From: a virus
Length of the DNA: 64,000 bases
Reading direction: 5' to 3' (one strand)
Virus record (IMG/VR): IMGVR_UViG_3300048113_001121
Coordinates: 96,001 to 160,000 of that record
Below the pieces are notes generated by a model. It was given only the letters and a program-made list of their open reading frames with translations, did not search any database and was not told the DNA's origin. A program made the translations under genes and the position numbers. The first letter of the stretch is position 1. Each line of letters begins with the position of its first letter. Positions 35,631 through 45,285 of this stretch are shown here, in pieces.

Positions 35631-36008
35631 TCATAATTTATTTTGATTAATATATTCACTTGTTTTAACACGAGTCAGGGATGAATCAATGGTAATGTCA
35701 CTATTAATGGTAATTGAAGTAAAAGGAAAAGGAACATATGACCATAAACTATAAATCTTCTCCTCCATCTTTATAATAGAAGAATGTTCACCACCCATCT
35801 CCTTCCAAACGTTGTAGTTAATTAAAATATCCAAAACGACCATATGACATTGTTCATGACCATCATTACACATCTTACTTAAAAAATCCCAACCATCGGC
35901 TCTGTCATAGACTCTAACACTATACTCCTCCATAAGACCATTATCCTTATATAAAGAATTTATTAACTTCTCAACAAACATCTTAATGTTATCTTTCTTA
36001 CTACCCAT
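35631..36008 (-). CDS. Hypothetical protein
   Basis: ORF track. Confidence 0.65.
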   Translation of the reverse strand: MGSKKDNIKMFVEKLINSLYKDNGLMEEYSVRVYDRADGWDFLSKMCNDGHEQCHMVVLDILINYNVWKEMGGEHSSIIKMEEKIYSLWSYVPFPFTSITINSDITIDSSLTRVKTSEYINQNKL

Positions 36009-36427
36009 TATAAATTTTTTGTTCTATCTTCCCATTTCTTTTTACTGAAATTTTCATGACTCTCACTAATGTATCTTATAATATTCACATTGGAGGGATA
36101 AGGTAAGTACTTCAGAATACCTTTAAGTTTATCTTCCATATCTTGAACAGCCAGATAACCCTCACCTGTATTACGATAAACCTTATCATCCATTAAAACA
36201 TGGAGGTTAACATCAGGATGGAGTCGTTTAATTTCTTTGTCATCATAATTAACAATCTCAACCTTATAGTCTAATATAAGACCAGGGTAGGTATCCTTAT
36301 ACAATCCATCAATAAACTTATATACCATCTCAGGGGTTATTTGATTACTATCCATCATATACATAAATATCCAACTTTCTACAAAATTTTCCAGAAAATT
36401 TGTTTTGACATTTGGACCCCTAATCAT
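36008..36427 (-). CDS. Hypothetical protein
   Basis: ORF track. Confidence 0.65.
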   Translation of the reverse strand: MIRGPNVKTNFLENFVESWIFMYMMDSNQITPEMVYKFIDGLYKDTYPGLILDYKVEIVNYDDKEIKRLHPDVNLHVLMDDKVYRNTGEGYLAVQDMEDKLKGILKYLPYPSNVNIIRYISESHENFSKKKWEDRTKNL

Positions 36428-36594
36428 ATAAGGGGGTCCCTTTTAGAAACACAGGTAACACTTACTCCCATACATAGAACAAGGGTAATCCTTTCCAATT
36501 TTTCCTAAAAAATTTTATAAACATTTTTACAACAAAAACAGTACACATTTTAATTAGGGGATTGAACCCCCTTTTGGACCCCAAAACACCCCCA

Positions 36595-36648
36595 GGGGGA
36601 GGGGGGATACGGGACCCCTATAGGAGGGGGGGACCCTATAAGGGGGGG
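36595..36648 (+). repeat. G-tract cluster with an imperfect GGGACCC(C)TATA direct repeat
   Basis: G5, G6, G3, G7 and G7 runs within 54 nt of an AT-rich genome. Confidence 0.8.
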
Positions 36649-36801
36649 TTCCATAGGTATTTTGACCCTACCCCCTCCGTATGGACATATCACAGTAGAC
36701 CTCATCTATGGGGGTGGTGTCAGAACAAGTTAACATACAAGTATATGGGGGGAAAGTTATTAACAGTCATTGTGTCATGTTCATAACTTTATGGTGTGGG
36801 G

Positions 36802-36833
36802 TTTGGCAGTGTGGAATATTATTCGTATCTTTG
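36802..36833 (+). promoter_or_regulatory. Bacteroidota-type promoter
   Basis: TTTG, 20-nt spacer, TATCTTTG. Confidence 0.6.
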
Positions 36834-37193
36834 TACTGATGCCCTACATTTTATATAGGGGTATTATTATCGGGGGACATATTGTCAGTACAATTATTTG
36901 GTGGTCTCATTTATTATATGTATCTTTGTGTTGGTGCCCTTCCCTGAGGGAGGGAGGAGAGTATAAGGCAGGTTGGAGTCTACTCTCTCAGCTTGTTCCA
37001 CCAACCATTACAAAGATAAGGATAAAAAAGTTCTTATACAAGTTGTGTATTAAAAAAGATTGTTGTATCTTTGTGTTGGTGCTTTAGAGTGTGGGGGATT
37101 TATTATACATACTTCCCACCCTACTACCACCCTAAAGGTACCACTTTTTTTGTTAAGAAACAATATAAATAAGGGAATGTTATCTGCACAGAC

Positions 37194-37511
37194 TTAAATG
37201 TTATCCGCACCCTTGGTATGTTTGTCCACAGTGTCCATCCCTATGTCAATAAACATTCTTCTTATATCGTGGTAGTTGGACTCATCCAATTGGTAGTATC
37301 TATTTAGGAATGTCAGTACATGATTCAAGTCAGCATCCACAATTATATATTGATTTGTAGATAGGGGTTTCTTACTCCATCCCCTCTTGGCAGGTTCAAA
37401 CCATATTATCCCATCCCCAACCGTTGAGGTGAATATTACTTTGATACCATTCATATCCTCAGCTACCCTTGGGGTGAAACTACTCTCTATGAATTCTCTG
37501 ATTTCTTCCAT
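37194..37511 (-). CDS. Hypothetical protein
   Basis: ORF track. Confidence 0.6.
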   Translation of the reverse strand: MEEIREFIESSFTPRVAEDMNGIKVIFTSTVGDGIIWFEPAKRGWSKKPLSTNQYIIVDADLNHVLTFLNRYYQLDESNYHDIRRMFIDIGMDTVDKHTKGADNI

Positions 37512-37553
37512 ACCCTTAAATATATAACCCTTCCCTTAGTTGTGAACACCATA

Positions 37554-37663
37554 TGTTAATAACTTTTAATTAAGGGGTACAGTTAATCCCCCATTAAAAT
37601 TGTTAATAACTTTTTATAAATTACCTCTGACACACTGTCAGGGGATATTTTGTTAATAACTTT
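37554..37663 (+). repeat. Three direct copies of TGTTAATAACTTT (iteron or DnaA-box-like)
   Basis: Copies start at 37554, 37601 and 37651; inverted copy at 36753-36765. Confidence 0.8.
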
Positions 37664-38315
37664 ATCCCATTTTATTAGGATTTGTCAGAATGTCAGTTAG
37701 ACGTTAGGGACAGCACAATCCCTTTCCCCACTTTCTACCACCATCCTGTAGTAGTGTAAAACAAGAAAATCCTTTATTTCACCGATGAAATCGACAATAA
37801 ATCCCTGTTTAGGGGTTAATAGAAGGTATTAATTTACTAGTTATATATTCTAGCAAATAATAGAGGTTAATTCCCTATAGCGGGGGAGACGTAGTCTTAA
37901 GGAATTAAATAAGTAAACCTCAACGTATCTGTAGGACTACTTTTTTAAAACCATGACAAAATGACCTCAACGAATAAGGTCTTAAAATGACTTACAAAAG
38001 TGGGAGAAAGTGGTAGAAGTATTGTTAATTAACCCTATGGGTTATTGTTTATATACTATAGTATTCTTTCTCTTATAGTATAATGTTTTCATATGTGTGT
38101 ATATACCCTTTAGGGTACTGTAATGATATTGTTTTATTATACCCTACTAAGTTATGAGTATAAGTCTTTAGATGACCTTCTTCAGGGAAATAGGGGAATG
38201 GATTTATTTCAGACACTGAAAGTGAACGATAGTGAACGTCCCTTTAGGGTGAGGGGGATGGAATTAATTTATTACCTTTATTTCCTTTCTCTATAAAATA
38301 ACTTATATTGTATGT

Positions 38316-38945
38316 ATGTTTAAATTTAATTATAAAGTTGGTAGAGCGATACCTAATGTAGAGTGTCAGATAATACTGAAGGATTTGTATAGACAATCTG
38401 AGAAGTTCACTATTACTGATGCCTTTGGTGATGTCTCCCTTTCTGTTTATGAAACCCCTTATGAGGATGTGGAAGACTGTGATGGTAAGAGACTCATGGA
38501 TTATAGAATTAAAGAGTTAGAGAAGTCCTTAGGTGTTAAGTTTAATAGAGATAGGTTTATCATTAAGTATACAGGTGACCGTCTCGAAATGGAACCTCAT
38601 TATGATGGGAGTTATACTACCACCCTTATTTATTTAAACAATAACTTTAGAGGTGGCTCTACTAACTTTCCTCTCGCTCGTTTAGAACATGTACCTCAGA
38701 AATATAAGCCAGGTCATTACATACATTATAACTCTAACCATATCTTGGCTTATCATGGTGGGATGCCAGTTACAGAAGGAACTAAAACTGTTATAGTACT
38801 TAGAAGTATGAAGATAACCCCGTGGACTATGTTAACCATATTACCGTGGCGTTTATTTAGAGATGTATTCTTCGAAAGATTTATACTTGATTGGGTCGTA
38901 AAGAAATTCTTTACGTGTGTTAACTGTAAAAGAATTAAGAAATAA
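38316..38945 (+). CDS. 2OG-Fe(II) oxygenase (prolyl-4-hydroxylase-like)
   Basis: PHYD, TLIYLN...GGSTNF and HGGMPVTEGTK motifs. Confidence 0.8.
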   Translation: MFKFNYKVGRAIPNVECQIILKDLYRQSEKFTITDAFGDVSLSVYETPYEDVEDCDGKRLMDYRIKELEKSLGVKFNRDRFIIKYTGDRLEMEPHYDGSYTTTLIYLNNNFRGGSTNFPLARLEHVPQKYKPGHYIHYNSNHILAYHGGMPVTEGTKTVIVLRSMKITPWTMLTILPWRLFRDVFFERFILDWVVKKFFTCVNCKRIKK

Positions 38946-39024
38946 TGATGTTAGTAGGATTAGTAGGTTGCTCTGTAGTCTATATTGGTTATAGTATAAA
39001 AGAAAGATTTGAAGGTAGACATAA

Positions 39025-39714
39025 ATGGTAAGTATGAAAAATAATGTATTGGTACTTGGTGATGGACTCTTGGGTCGTGAATTGATTAATCAGACTAATT
39101 GGGATTATGTTTCCCGTAGTAAGGATGGTTTCGATATTAACCACCTCGATGAGTTTATATTATCTAATTATGATATTGTTATTAACTGTATTTCACATAC
39201 TGATACTTACGATAAAGATAGAGAACTTCATTGGAATGTTAACTGTAAGTTTGTGGATAAGTTAATTGATTACTGTAATGAACACTTTATTAAACTTATT
39301 CATATTTCTACTGATTATGTTTATTCTAATTCCATTCCCTTCGCCAGTGAGAATGATGTCCCTGTTCATTGTAATAATTGGTACGGTTATACTAAGTTAT
39401 TATCTGACGGTCTTATTCAGTTAAGGTCTGAGGATTATCTTCTTATACGTTGTTCCCATAAACCCACTCCTTTTGTATATGATAACGCTTGGATTGATTA
39501 TGTCGGTAACTTCGATTATGTGGATACTATCGCCACTCTCATTATTGATTGTATTAATAAAGATTTGTCAGGTGTGTATAACGTAGGTACAGACGTTAAG
39601 ACGATGTTTGACTTAGCTAATGAGACTAATGTTGTTGAATCCTCTTTTACCCCCTCACACGTCCCTAATAATCTTTCTATGGACCTAACTAAACTTAAGT
39701 CCTCACTCCCTTAA
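39025..39714 (+). CDS. rmlD: dTDP-4-dehydrorhamnose reductase-like SDR
   Basis: VLGDGLLG, HISTDYVY and YGYTK motifs. Confidence 0.75.
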   Translation: MVSMKNNVLVLGDGLLGRELINQTNWDYVSRSKDGFDINHLDEFILSNYDIVINCISHTDTYDKDRELHWNVNCKFVDKLIDYCNEHFIKLIHISTDYVYSNSIPFASENDVPVHCNNWYGYTKLLSDGLIQLRSEDYLLIRCSHKPTPFVYDNAWIDYVGNFDYVDTIATLIIDCINKDLSGVYNVGTDVKTMFDLANETNVVESSFTPSHVPNNLSMDLTKLKSSLP

Positions 39715-39717
39715 TGT

Positions 39718-40032
39718 ATGACAACATTTGCAGTTCCACATGAAGTGATTGATGTATTGTTTGATAAACTTATTTATCCTAAACATCCTGAGCTTACTGA
39801 TTGGGATATACACGAAGACACTCTTTTATTATTTGTAGACACTAACCTAATTGATTTTACGATGAGTGATGTCATTGAGTTTGAAACTTATATAATGTTG
39901 GAAGAAGAATATGATTGTTTCACTTCTGACTATTTCTATGAGATTCTTTCGTCTGATATCATTGATACCGTTAACCGCTCTTTTGATTTAATTGACAATC
40001 ATTATAAAATTGAGTTAGTTTTATCTTCTTAA
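39718..40032 (+). CDS. Hypothetical acidic protein
   Basis: ORF track. Confidence 0.55.
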   Translation: MTTFAVPHEVIDVLFDKLIYPKHPELTDWDIHEDTLLLFVDTNLIDFTMSDVIEFETYIMLEEEYDCFTSDYFYEILSSDIIDTVNRSFDLIDNHYKIELVLSS

Positions 40033-40073
40033 ACTATTTATAACAATGTAATCTTTCTGTTAGTGGCTCGCAC

Positions 40074-40412
40074 TTATTCCTCCCAGCCCTCTTCATCTAA
40101 ACTTCTAATATAATTCCACCTTTCGATTTCATCATTAATCGAATCCTGTTTAGTGTAGATATATAATTCACCATCATCGACATACCAATCTAATATATTT
40201 GAATCATTATCTAACGAATCCTCATTAAAAAGTTTATCTTCTTTAGGTACCAAACGTATTGTATCATCGTTGTTAACCGTAGGAATATTATCATCACTTT
40301 TTATTATCTCTTCAGTATAAGTAATACTTCTATCTTGCATTAAAATTCTTACTACGACTAAACATGAAAGTATTATCGATATTATTGCTAAATTTTTTGA
40401 TATATTTCCCAT
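40074..40412 (-). CDS. Hypothetical protein with an N-terminal TM helix
   Basis: ORF track. Confidence 0.65.
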   Translation of the reverse strand: MGNISKNLAIISIILSCLVVVRILMQDRSITYTEEIIKSDDNIPTVNNDDTIRLVPKEDKLFNEDSLDNDSNILDWYVDDGELYIYTKQDSINDEIERWNYIRSLDEEGWEE

Positions 40413-40413
40413 A

Positions 40414-40869
40414 TTACTTACCTAAATTATCTTTTTCTGAAATTATTGGATTATCAGTAAACTCTTCTATAATAGATTTAACTTCAGGAATATCTTTCCA
40501 CACAATCGAATGTTCTGACTCAGGAGAGTATTCACCCTTAACCATATAAACAACTATGGTGTCAGGTTCTAAAGTTAAGAACCCATGAGCATACTCATCA
40601 TGTAAGTAAACCGCATTCCCTTCATTTACTATTACGTGTTGTGTTTTATGTGTTTCTAAATCATAAGCTATGTCTATAATTGAACCACGAATAACCTTAA
40701 CGTATTTCTCTTGTGGTGGGTCTGTTTGATAGTGTAAACCCCTAAAGGTATATCTACCATCATTAATTGAAATGGAACATTGTGTCCATTCCTTTCCCAT
40801 TATATCTAACTCCATTGGGGTATAACTCCCTCGATTATCTTTAAATGTCTTATGGTCTCTTATTATCAT
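40414..40869 (-). CDS. rmlC: dTDP-4-dehydrorhamnose 3,5-epimerase
   Basis: DNRGSY, RGLHYQ, KYVKVIRG and YAHGFLTLE motifs. Confidence 0.85.
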   Translation of the reverse strand: MIIRDHKTFKDNRGSYTPMELDIMGKEWTQCSISINDGRYTFRGLHYQTDPPQEKYVKVIRGSIIDIAYDLETHKTQHVIVNEGNAVYLHDEYAHGFLTLEPDTIVVYMVKGEYSPESEHSIVWKDIPEVKSIIEEFTDNPIISEKDNLGK

Positions 40870-40875
40870 CTTTTA

Positions 40876-42018
40876 TTATTTATTAATTAATATACTTATC
40901 TCTCTTGCTAATTCTTTAAACCACTCCACACTATGACCTCTTGTTGTTTCAGCTGCCGTACCTATTCGAATACCACTTGTTTCCACAAAACTTCTAGGGT
41001 CGTTAGGTATTCCATTCTTATTAACTGTAATACCGTTTTCTTCTAACATATCAGCGATTACTCTTCCACTATATTTCTTAGTTGATAAATCAATTAAAAT
41101 TAAATGTGAATCGGTACCATCGGTTAGAATCGGTATATCATTTTCTCTGAAGATATCACACATATGTTTTGCATTTTCTTTTACTTTAATACAATACTCC
41201 TTAAAATCTCTTGTGTTTGCCTCTATGAAACATTGGGCCTTTGCTGCGATTATATGCATTAATGGTCCTCCCTGAGTACCAGGAAATATTGCTCCATTTA
41301 TTTTCTTTGTATAGTCTGAATCGTTCCAAATAATAATACCACCTCTTGGTCCTCTAAGTGTTTTGTGTGTCGTTGAAGTTACTACATCCGCATATTCAAT
41401 TGGATTGGGGTACTCACCTCCAGCAATAAGACCTGAATAGTGAGCCATATCCACCAAAAGTATCGCTCCTACTTCATCAGCAATCTCTCTAAACTTTTTC
41501 CAATCGATTATCCTTGAGTAAGCACTCGCACCTGCAATAACCATTTTAGGTTTAACTTCTAACGCTTTAGTTCGTATATCATCATAGTTTAAATAACCAT
41601 TATCATCCACACCATATGAATGAGCGTCGTATACTTTACCTGAAATATTAGGTTTACTTCCATGAGATAAGTGACCACCACTCGCTAAATCCATTCCAAG
41701 TATTGTATCACCTGGTTTTAGGAATGCTTGAAATACCGCAGTATTAGCGTTTGCACCACAATGTGGTTGAACATTAGCAAAGTTACAATTATATAACTTT
41801 TTTAATTCTTCTATTGCAAGTGTCTCCACCTCATCCATATGGTCACATCCATTGTAATATCTTTTACCAGGATATCCTTCAGCATATTTGTTAGTGAATA
41901 TTGAACCCGCCAATTTCATTACTGAATCAGACGCAAAGTTCTCACTTGCTATTAATTCAATTGTATTAGATTGTCTAAAATTTTCTTTATCGAGTATCTC
42001 TTCTATTCTTTTGTCCAT
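40876..42018 (-). CDS. glyA: Serine hydroxymethyltransferase
   Basis: IELIASEN, NKYAEGYPGKRYY, GGHLSHG and STTHKTLRGPRGG (PLP-binding Lys). Confidence 0.97.
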   Translation of the reverse strand: MDKRIEEILDKENFRQSNTIELIASENFASDSVMKLAGSIFTNKYAEGYPGKRYYNGCDHMDEVETLAIEELKKLYNCNFANVQPHCGANANTAVFQAFLKPGDTILGMDLASGGHLSHGSKPNISGKVYDAHSYGVDDNGYLNYDDIRTKALEVKPKMVIAGASAYSRIIDWKKFREIADEVGAILLVDMAHYSGLIAGGEYPNPIEYADVVTSTTHKTLRGPRGGIIIWNDSDYTKKINGAIFPGTQGGPLMHIIAAKAQCFIEANTRDFKEYCIKVKENAKHMCDIFRENDIPILTDGTDSHLILIDLSTKKYSGRVIADMLEENGITVNKNGIPNDPRSFVETSGIRIGTAAETTRGHSVEWFKELAREISILINK

Positions 42019-42030
42019 TTTTAAGATATC

Positions 42031-42906
42031 TTAATTTTTTCTACGATTATTAGTAGTGTTATTTCTACTTGGATTATTGTTCGTTCTTGTCGGTGTACTT
42101 CGATTAATTACAGGACGACTATTATTAACTCTTGGTCTTGTATTATTATTAACTCTTGGTCTTGTATTATTATTAATGGTCGGTCTATTATTATTAATGG
42201 TAGACCTATTATTATTTGGTCTATTATTGTTAATGGTAGGTCGACTGTTATTATTAATATAAATCTTTTCTCTTTTATTATCAACCTTAACACTACGTTT
42301 AGTTGATTCTATCATTGAAGATTGTCCTATTCTGTCTCGTATAGTCATAGTACTACCTCTTCGACCGTTGATATACGACACATTATTTCTACCTCGTCTT
42401 CCGTACCAACCATTTTGACCGTAATTGTTCCACCCGTAATAATTATTCCATCCATTACCATAGTACCCATTATATCCCCATCCGTGGTTATTCCAACCAT
42501 AGTAGATTCCATATCCCCATCTATCATATCCAAATGGTGACCATCTATGAGGAGAACCCCAAGAATTCCACCCTGTATAACCCCAAGCCCAATCATTCCA
42601 CATTTGGTCTCTATTCCAATAATAAGAATTATATCGGTAATCATACTGTCTCCCTAACAATCGGTTATTCCAATCAAATGATACTGGTTGACTCAAGGCA
42701 TATCTTGCAAAGTCTAATCTAAAACCTATATCTGTTCTTAGTTTATTTCTAAATTGAAATTCATTTAAAGTATCCACCCTTAAATTGTCTCCAACTACAT
42801 AATAATTTTCGTCATCATATATAGGGTCATGGTTTAATGTTGATACTGTAAATGTCGCACAACTTGTCGTTAGAAGTACGATTAATAATAGTAATGAATT
42901 TTTCAT
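42031..42906 (-). CDS. Lipoprotein with a G/W/Y/N-rich region and an NNRP-repeat tail
   Basis: Lipobox LTTSC; low-complexity composition of a type seen in Bacteroidota lipoproteins. Confidence 0.7.
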   Translation of the reverse strand: MKNSLLLLIVLLTTSCATFTVSTLNHDPIYDDENYYVVGDNLRVDTLNEFQFRNKLRTDIGFRLDFARYALSQPVSFDWNNRLLGRQYDYRYNSYYWNRDQMWNDWAWGYTGWNSWGSPHRWSPFGYDRWGYGIYYGWNNHGWGYNGYYGNGWNNYYGWNNYGQNGWYGRRGRNNVSYINGRRGSTMTIRDRIGQSSMIESTKRSVKVDNKREKIYINNNSRPTINNNRPNNNRSTINNNRPTINNNTRPRVNNNTRPRVNNSRPVINRSTPTRTNNNPSRNNTTNNRRKN

Positions 42907-42918
42907 ATTTTTTATTGT

Positions 42919-43296
42919 TTAAAAGTTGTAATTATAAATCTTACATTCAGGATTTAAATTACTAAGATTTGGAAACGTTACATCTCCAATTTTATTATTA
43001 TCAATATGAGATATGTGTAATTCCGTAAACTTATCACAGAATCTCTCATATGTTTTTTTACCTCCGATACACCAATCACAATTATAGTAGTGAAAAACGG
43101 AATGGTCCCTTTTATCAACAATCATTAACTCTCTGTTGGGTAAAAAGGGTAGGGCTTGAGCGGTACGATAACCGACTAATAACGTATCACCATAAGTCAT
43201 ACGTTTGAAATGATTTAAATCTTTTTTATTGTGCCATAAAAGTTTATCACCTTTACCGATAAAACCAAGATTGTTTACTGCTATAATTGCTTTCAT
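42919..43296 (-). CDS. folA: Dihydrofolate reductase
   Basis: IIAVNNLGFIG...LLW...DLNHFKRMT, VGYRT, LPNR and IGG..Y motifs. Confidence 0.85.
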   Translation of the reverse strand: MKAIIAVNNLGFIGKGDKLLWHNKKDLNHFKRMTYGDTLLVGYRTAQALPFLPNRELMIVDKRDHSVFHYYNCDWCIGGKKTYERFCDKFTELHISHIDNNKIGDVTFPNLSNLNPECKIYNYNF

Positions 43297-43299
43297 AAC

Positions 43300-43584
43300 C
43301 TACACATCAACATTCACGCCGAAACATCCGTTTTCGGAAATTAAGTTCTCTTTAATTAATTTTATCTTTAGGTTATCCACATCTAATATAAACGCATCAT
43401 AGTCAGATGTTAAATATTTACTATATACTTCGAGTAACTTAAAACGCATTAAAAAGTCACCATCTATATAGTGACCAATAATTTTACTAGCCTCTTCTCG
43501 ACAATCAGGCCCCACTACTTCGTTGATGATTTCGGTGAAGTTAATCTCCTGAATATCCGATAATTTTAATATTAATTCACTCAT
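43300..43584 (-). CDS. Hypothetical protein
   Basis: ORF track. Confidence 0.6.
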   Translation of the reverse strand: MSELILKLSDIQEINFTEIINEVVGPDCREEASKIIGHYIDGDFLMRFKLLEVYSKYLTSDYDAFILDVDNLKIKLIKENLISENGCFGVNVDV

Positions 43585-43753
43585 ACTACAAATATATAAA
43601 TTATTATTTAATAATCGAGTTATTAACCGTTTTTTATCTTAATATTACAGATAACTGAATGTCAGTTACAACCTCATATCCATAAATATGGTTATAAAAG
43701 AAAACCCCTCACCATTTCTGATGAGAGGTCTTAATTTTCATAATCAATTGAAC

Positions 43754-45151
43754 TTATATTTGTGATTCTGCTGTTACTACTAAATTAGAGAAACTCCATC
43801 CACCACCCTTATGTTCAACTGAACCTTCAGTCCAATTACATAATGTACCGTGTGAACATTCTCCACCCGTATCTTTGTACCACTTAGTTGGTTCATCATC
43901 ACCAGGTGACCAATCACCGTGATATGAAGGTGTAAACCACCATCCTACTTCCATACCATCTTTTAATAAAGACATATCTAAAGTAGAACCATCACCAATA
44001 GATGGGTCAGTCATATCAAAAACTTTAACACTACTATCTCCTTGAGAAAGTGTAATCACCATATTAGTATAATCACCATTAAAGACAGTAACCATATGAA
44101 ATGGTTTAGTAGGGTCAATCTTACCAACTAAACTGTGTACACCTCCAAGTGTTGATGATGTCATTTCATCCCAATTCCAACAATCAGTATTCGCAGCTTC
44201 AGTATATGAAACTTCCCACCTTTGTTTACCCTTTTTAATTGTGTCTAAATGTAACGTATGTTGGAACATTTTATTACCGTTAGTCTCTAATAAATCAATT
44301 TCATTACAGAAGTCACATTGTTCGTATTCCGCATCACAGTATTTATCACCAATAGGTTGTACGTCTCTAGTAACTAAGTACATCGCCGCGTTTAAGTAAT
44401 CCGCGGTCCACCCTTTATTTTGTTGTAACCCCGATAAGTCAATGTCAACTTCAATTTTACTGATATTTTTATATCCATTTTTTGAACACACTCTACCTGC
44501 CGCAGGATTTCCTTCTGTACCAAAACTTACACCACCAGAACTAACTATAGGGTTAGGTCCACATTTTTGATAATCAACATCAAATTCAGGTATAAAAGTT
44601 GTTTGAGTTGTCTCCTCAGGACATATACATGGGTCTTTAAACGGACATGGACAACCCTCTATACCTACAGGACTCACTTTACCTGTAGTAGCATCAACAC
44701 TCACAAAACCTTTACTAGTCGTGAAAATGTACTGTGCAAAGTTAAATCCTGGTTCTAACGGTCTTCTTAAGACTACTTCAGACCAATCAGCAACTCCTTC
44801 AACTCCTGTACCATATCCCGCGTCCAATAATAATTGTTCAGCATCCTCTAAAGTAAGTTTTACAGGTAATTTTATTACCTCATCTTCCATAAATGGAGAA
44901 TTAATCACTTTAGATTTTGTCTTCCCATTAGAATCACACAACACCTCAATAGTAGTGTTGTTAACACCCGCGAATACCGATTTAACACCCGTTAATTCTT
45001 TAGTTGCAGTTGATTCATAAAATAAAGCGGTAGTATCAATACTTTTTGCCGCTTCCTGTGTTTGATTTACCATCTCATTGAAAGTTAAATCGTTTTGTTG
45101 AGTACATCCAATTAAGAGTAATCCCAACATCATTGTTAATAGTTTTTTCAT
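43754..45151 (-). CDS. Lipoprotein with a C-terminal clan GH-B glycoside hydrolase domain (GH7-like)
   Basis: Lipobox LLIGC; EVDIDLSGL, LNAAMYLV, YCDAE, CNEIDLLETN (ExDxxE), DPTKPFHMVTVF and FSNL motifs. Confidence 0.65.
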   Translation of the reverse strand: MKKLLTMMLGLLLIGCTQQNDLTFNEMVNQTQEAAKSIDTTALFYESTATKELTGVKSVFAGVNNTTIEVLCDSNGKTKSKVINSPFMEDEVIKLPVKLTLEDAEQLLLDAGYGTGVEGVADWSEVVLRRPLEPGFNFAQYIFTTSKGFVSVDATTGKVSPVGIEGCPCPFKDPCICPEETTQTTFIPEFDVDYQKCGPNPIVSSGGVSFGTEGNPAAGRVCSKNGYKNISKIEVDIDLSGLQQNKGWTADYLNAAMYLVTRDVQPIGDKYCDAEYEQCDFCNEIDLLETNGNKMFQHTLHLDTIKKGKQRWEVSYTEAANTDCWNWDEMTSSTLGGVHSLVGKIDPTKPFHMVTVFNGDYTNMVITLSQGDSSVKVFDMTDPSIGDGSTLDMSLLKDGMEVGWWFTPSYHGDWSPGDDEPTKWYKDTGGECSHGTLCNWTEGSVEHKGGGWSFSNLVVTAESQI

Positions 45152-45285
45152 TTTTGTTTTTTTGTTTTATCTTTATTTATTATATTGCCGTACTCATCAC
45201 ATAAAGGTGCGGTTATAATTTCATAAATTATAAATATCCATGAAATTAAGAATGAACCTATGATTATTTTGATTAACATATTATT

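Noticed and set aside
36562-37087. ORFs 36562-36786 and 36770-37087
   Set aside because: They are translations of G-tracts and promoter-like repeats with unusual Gly/Pro/Trp content and non-ATG starts.
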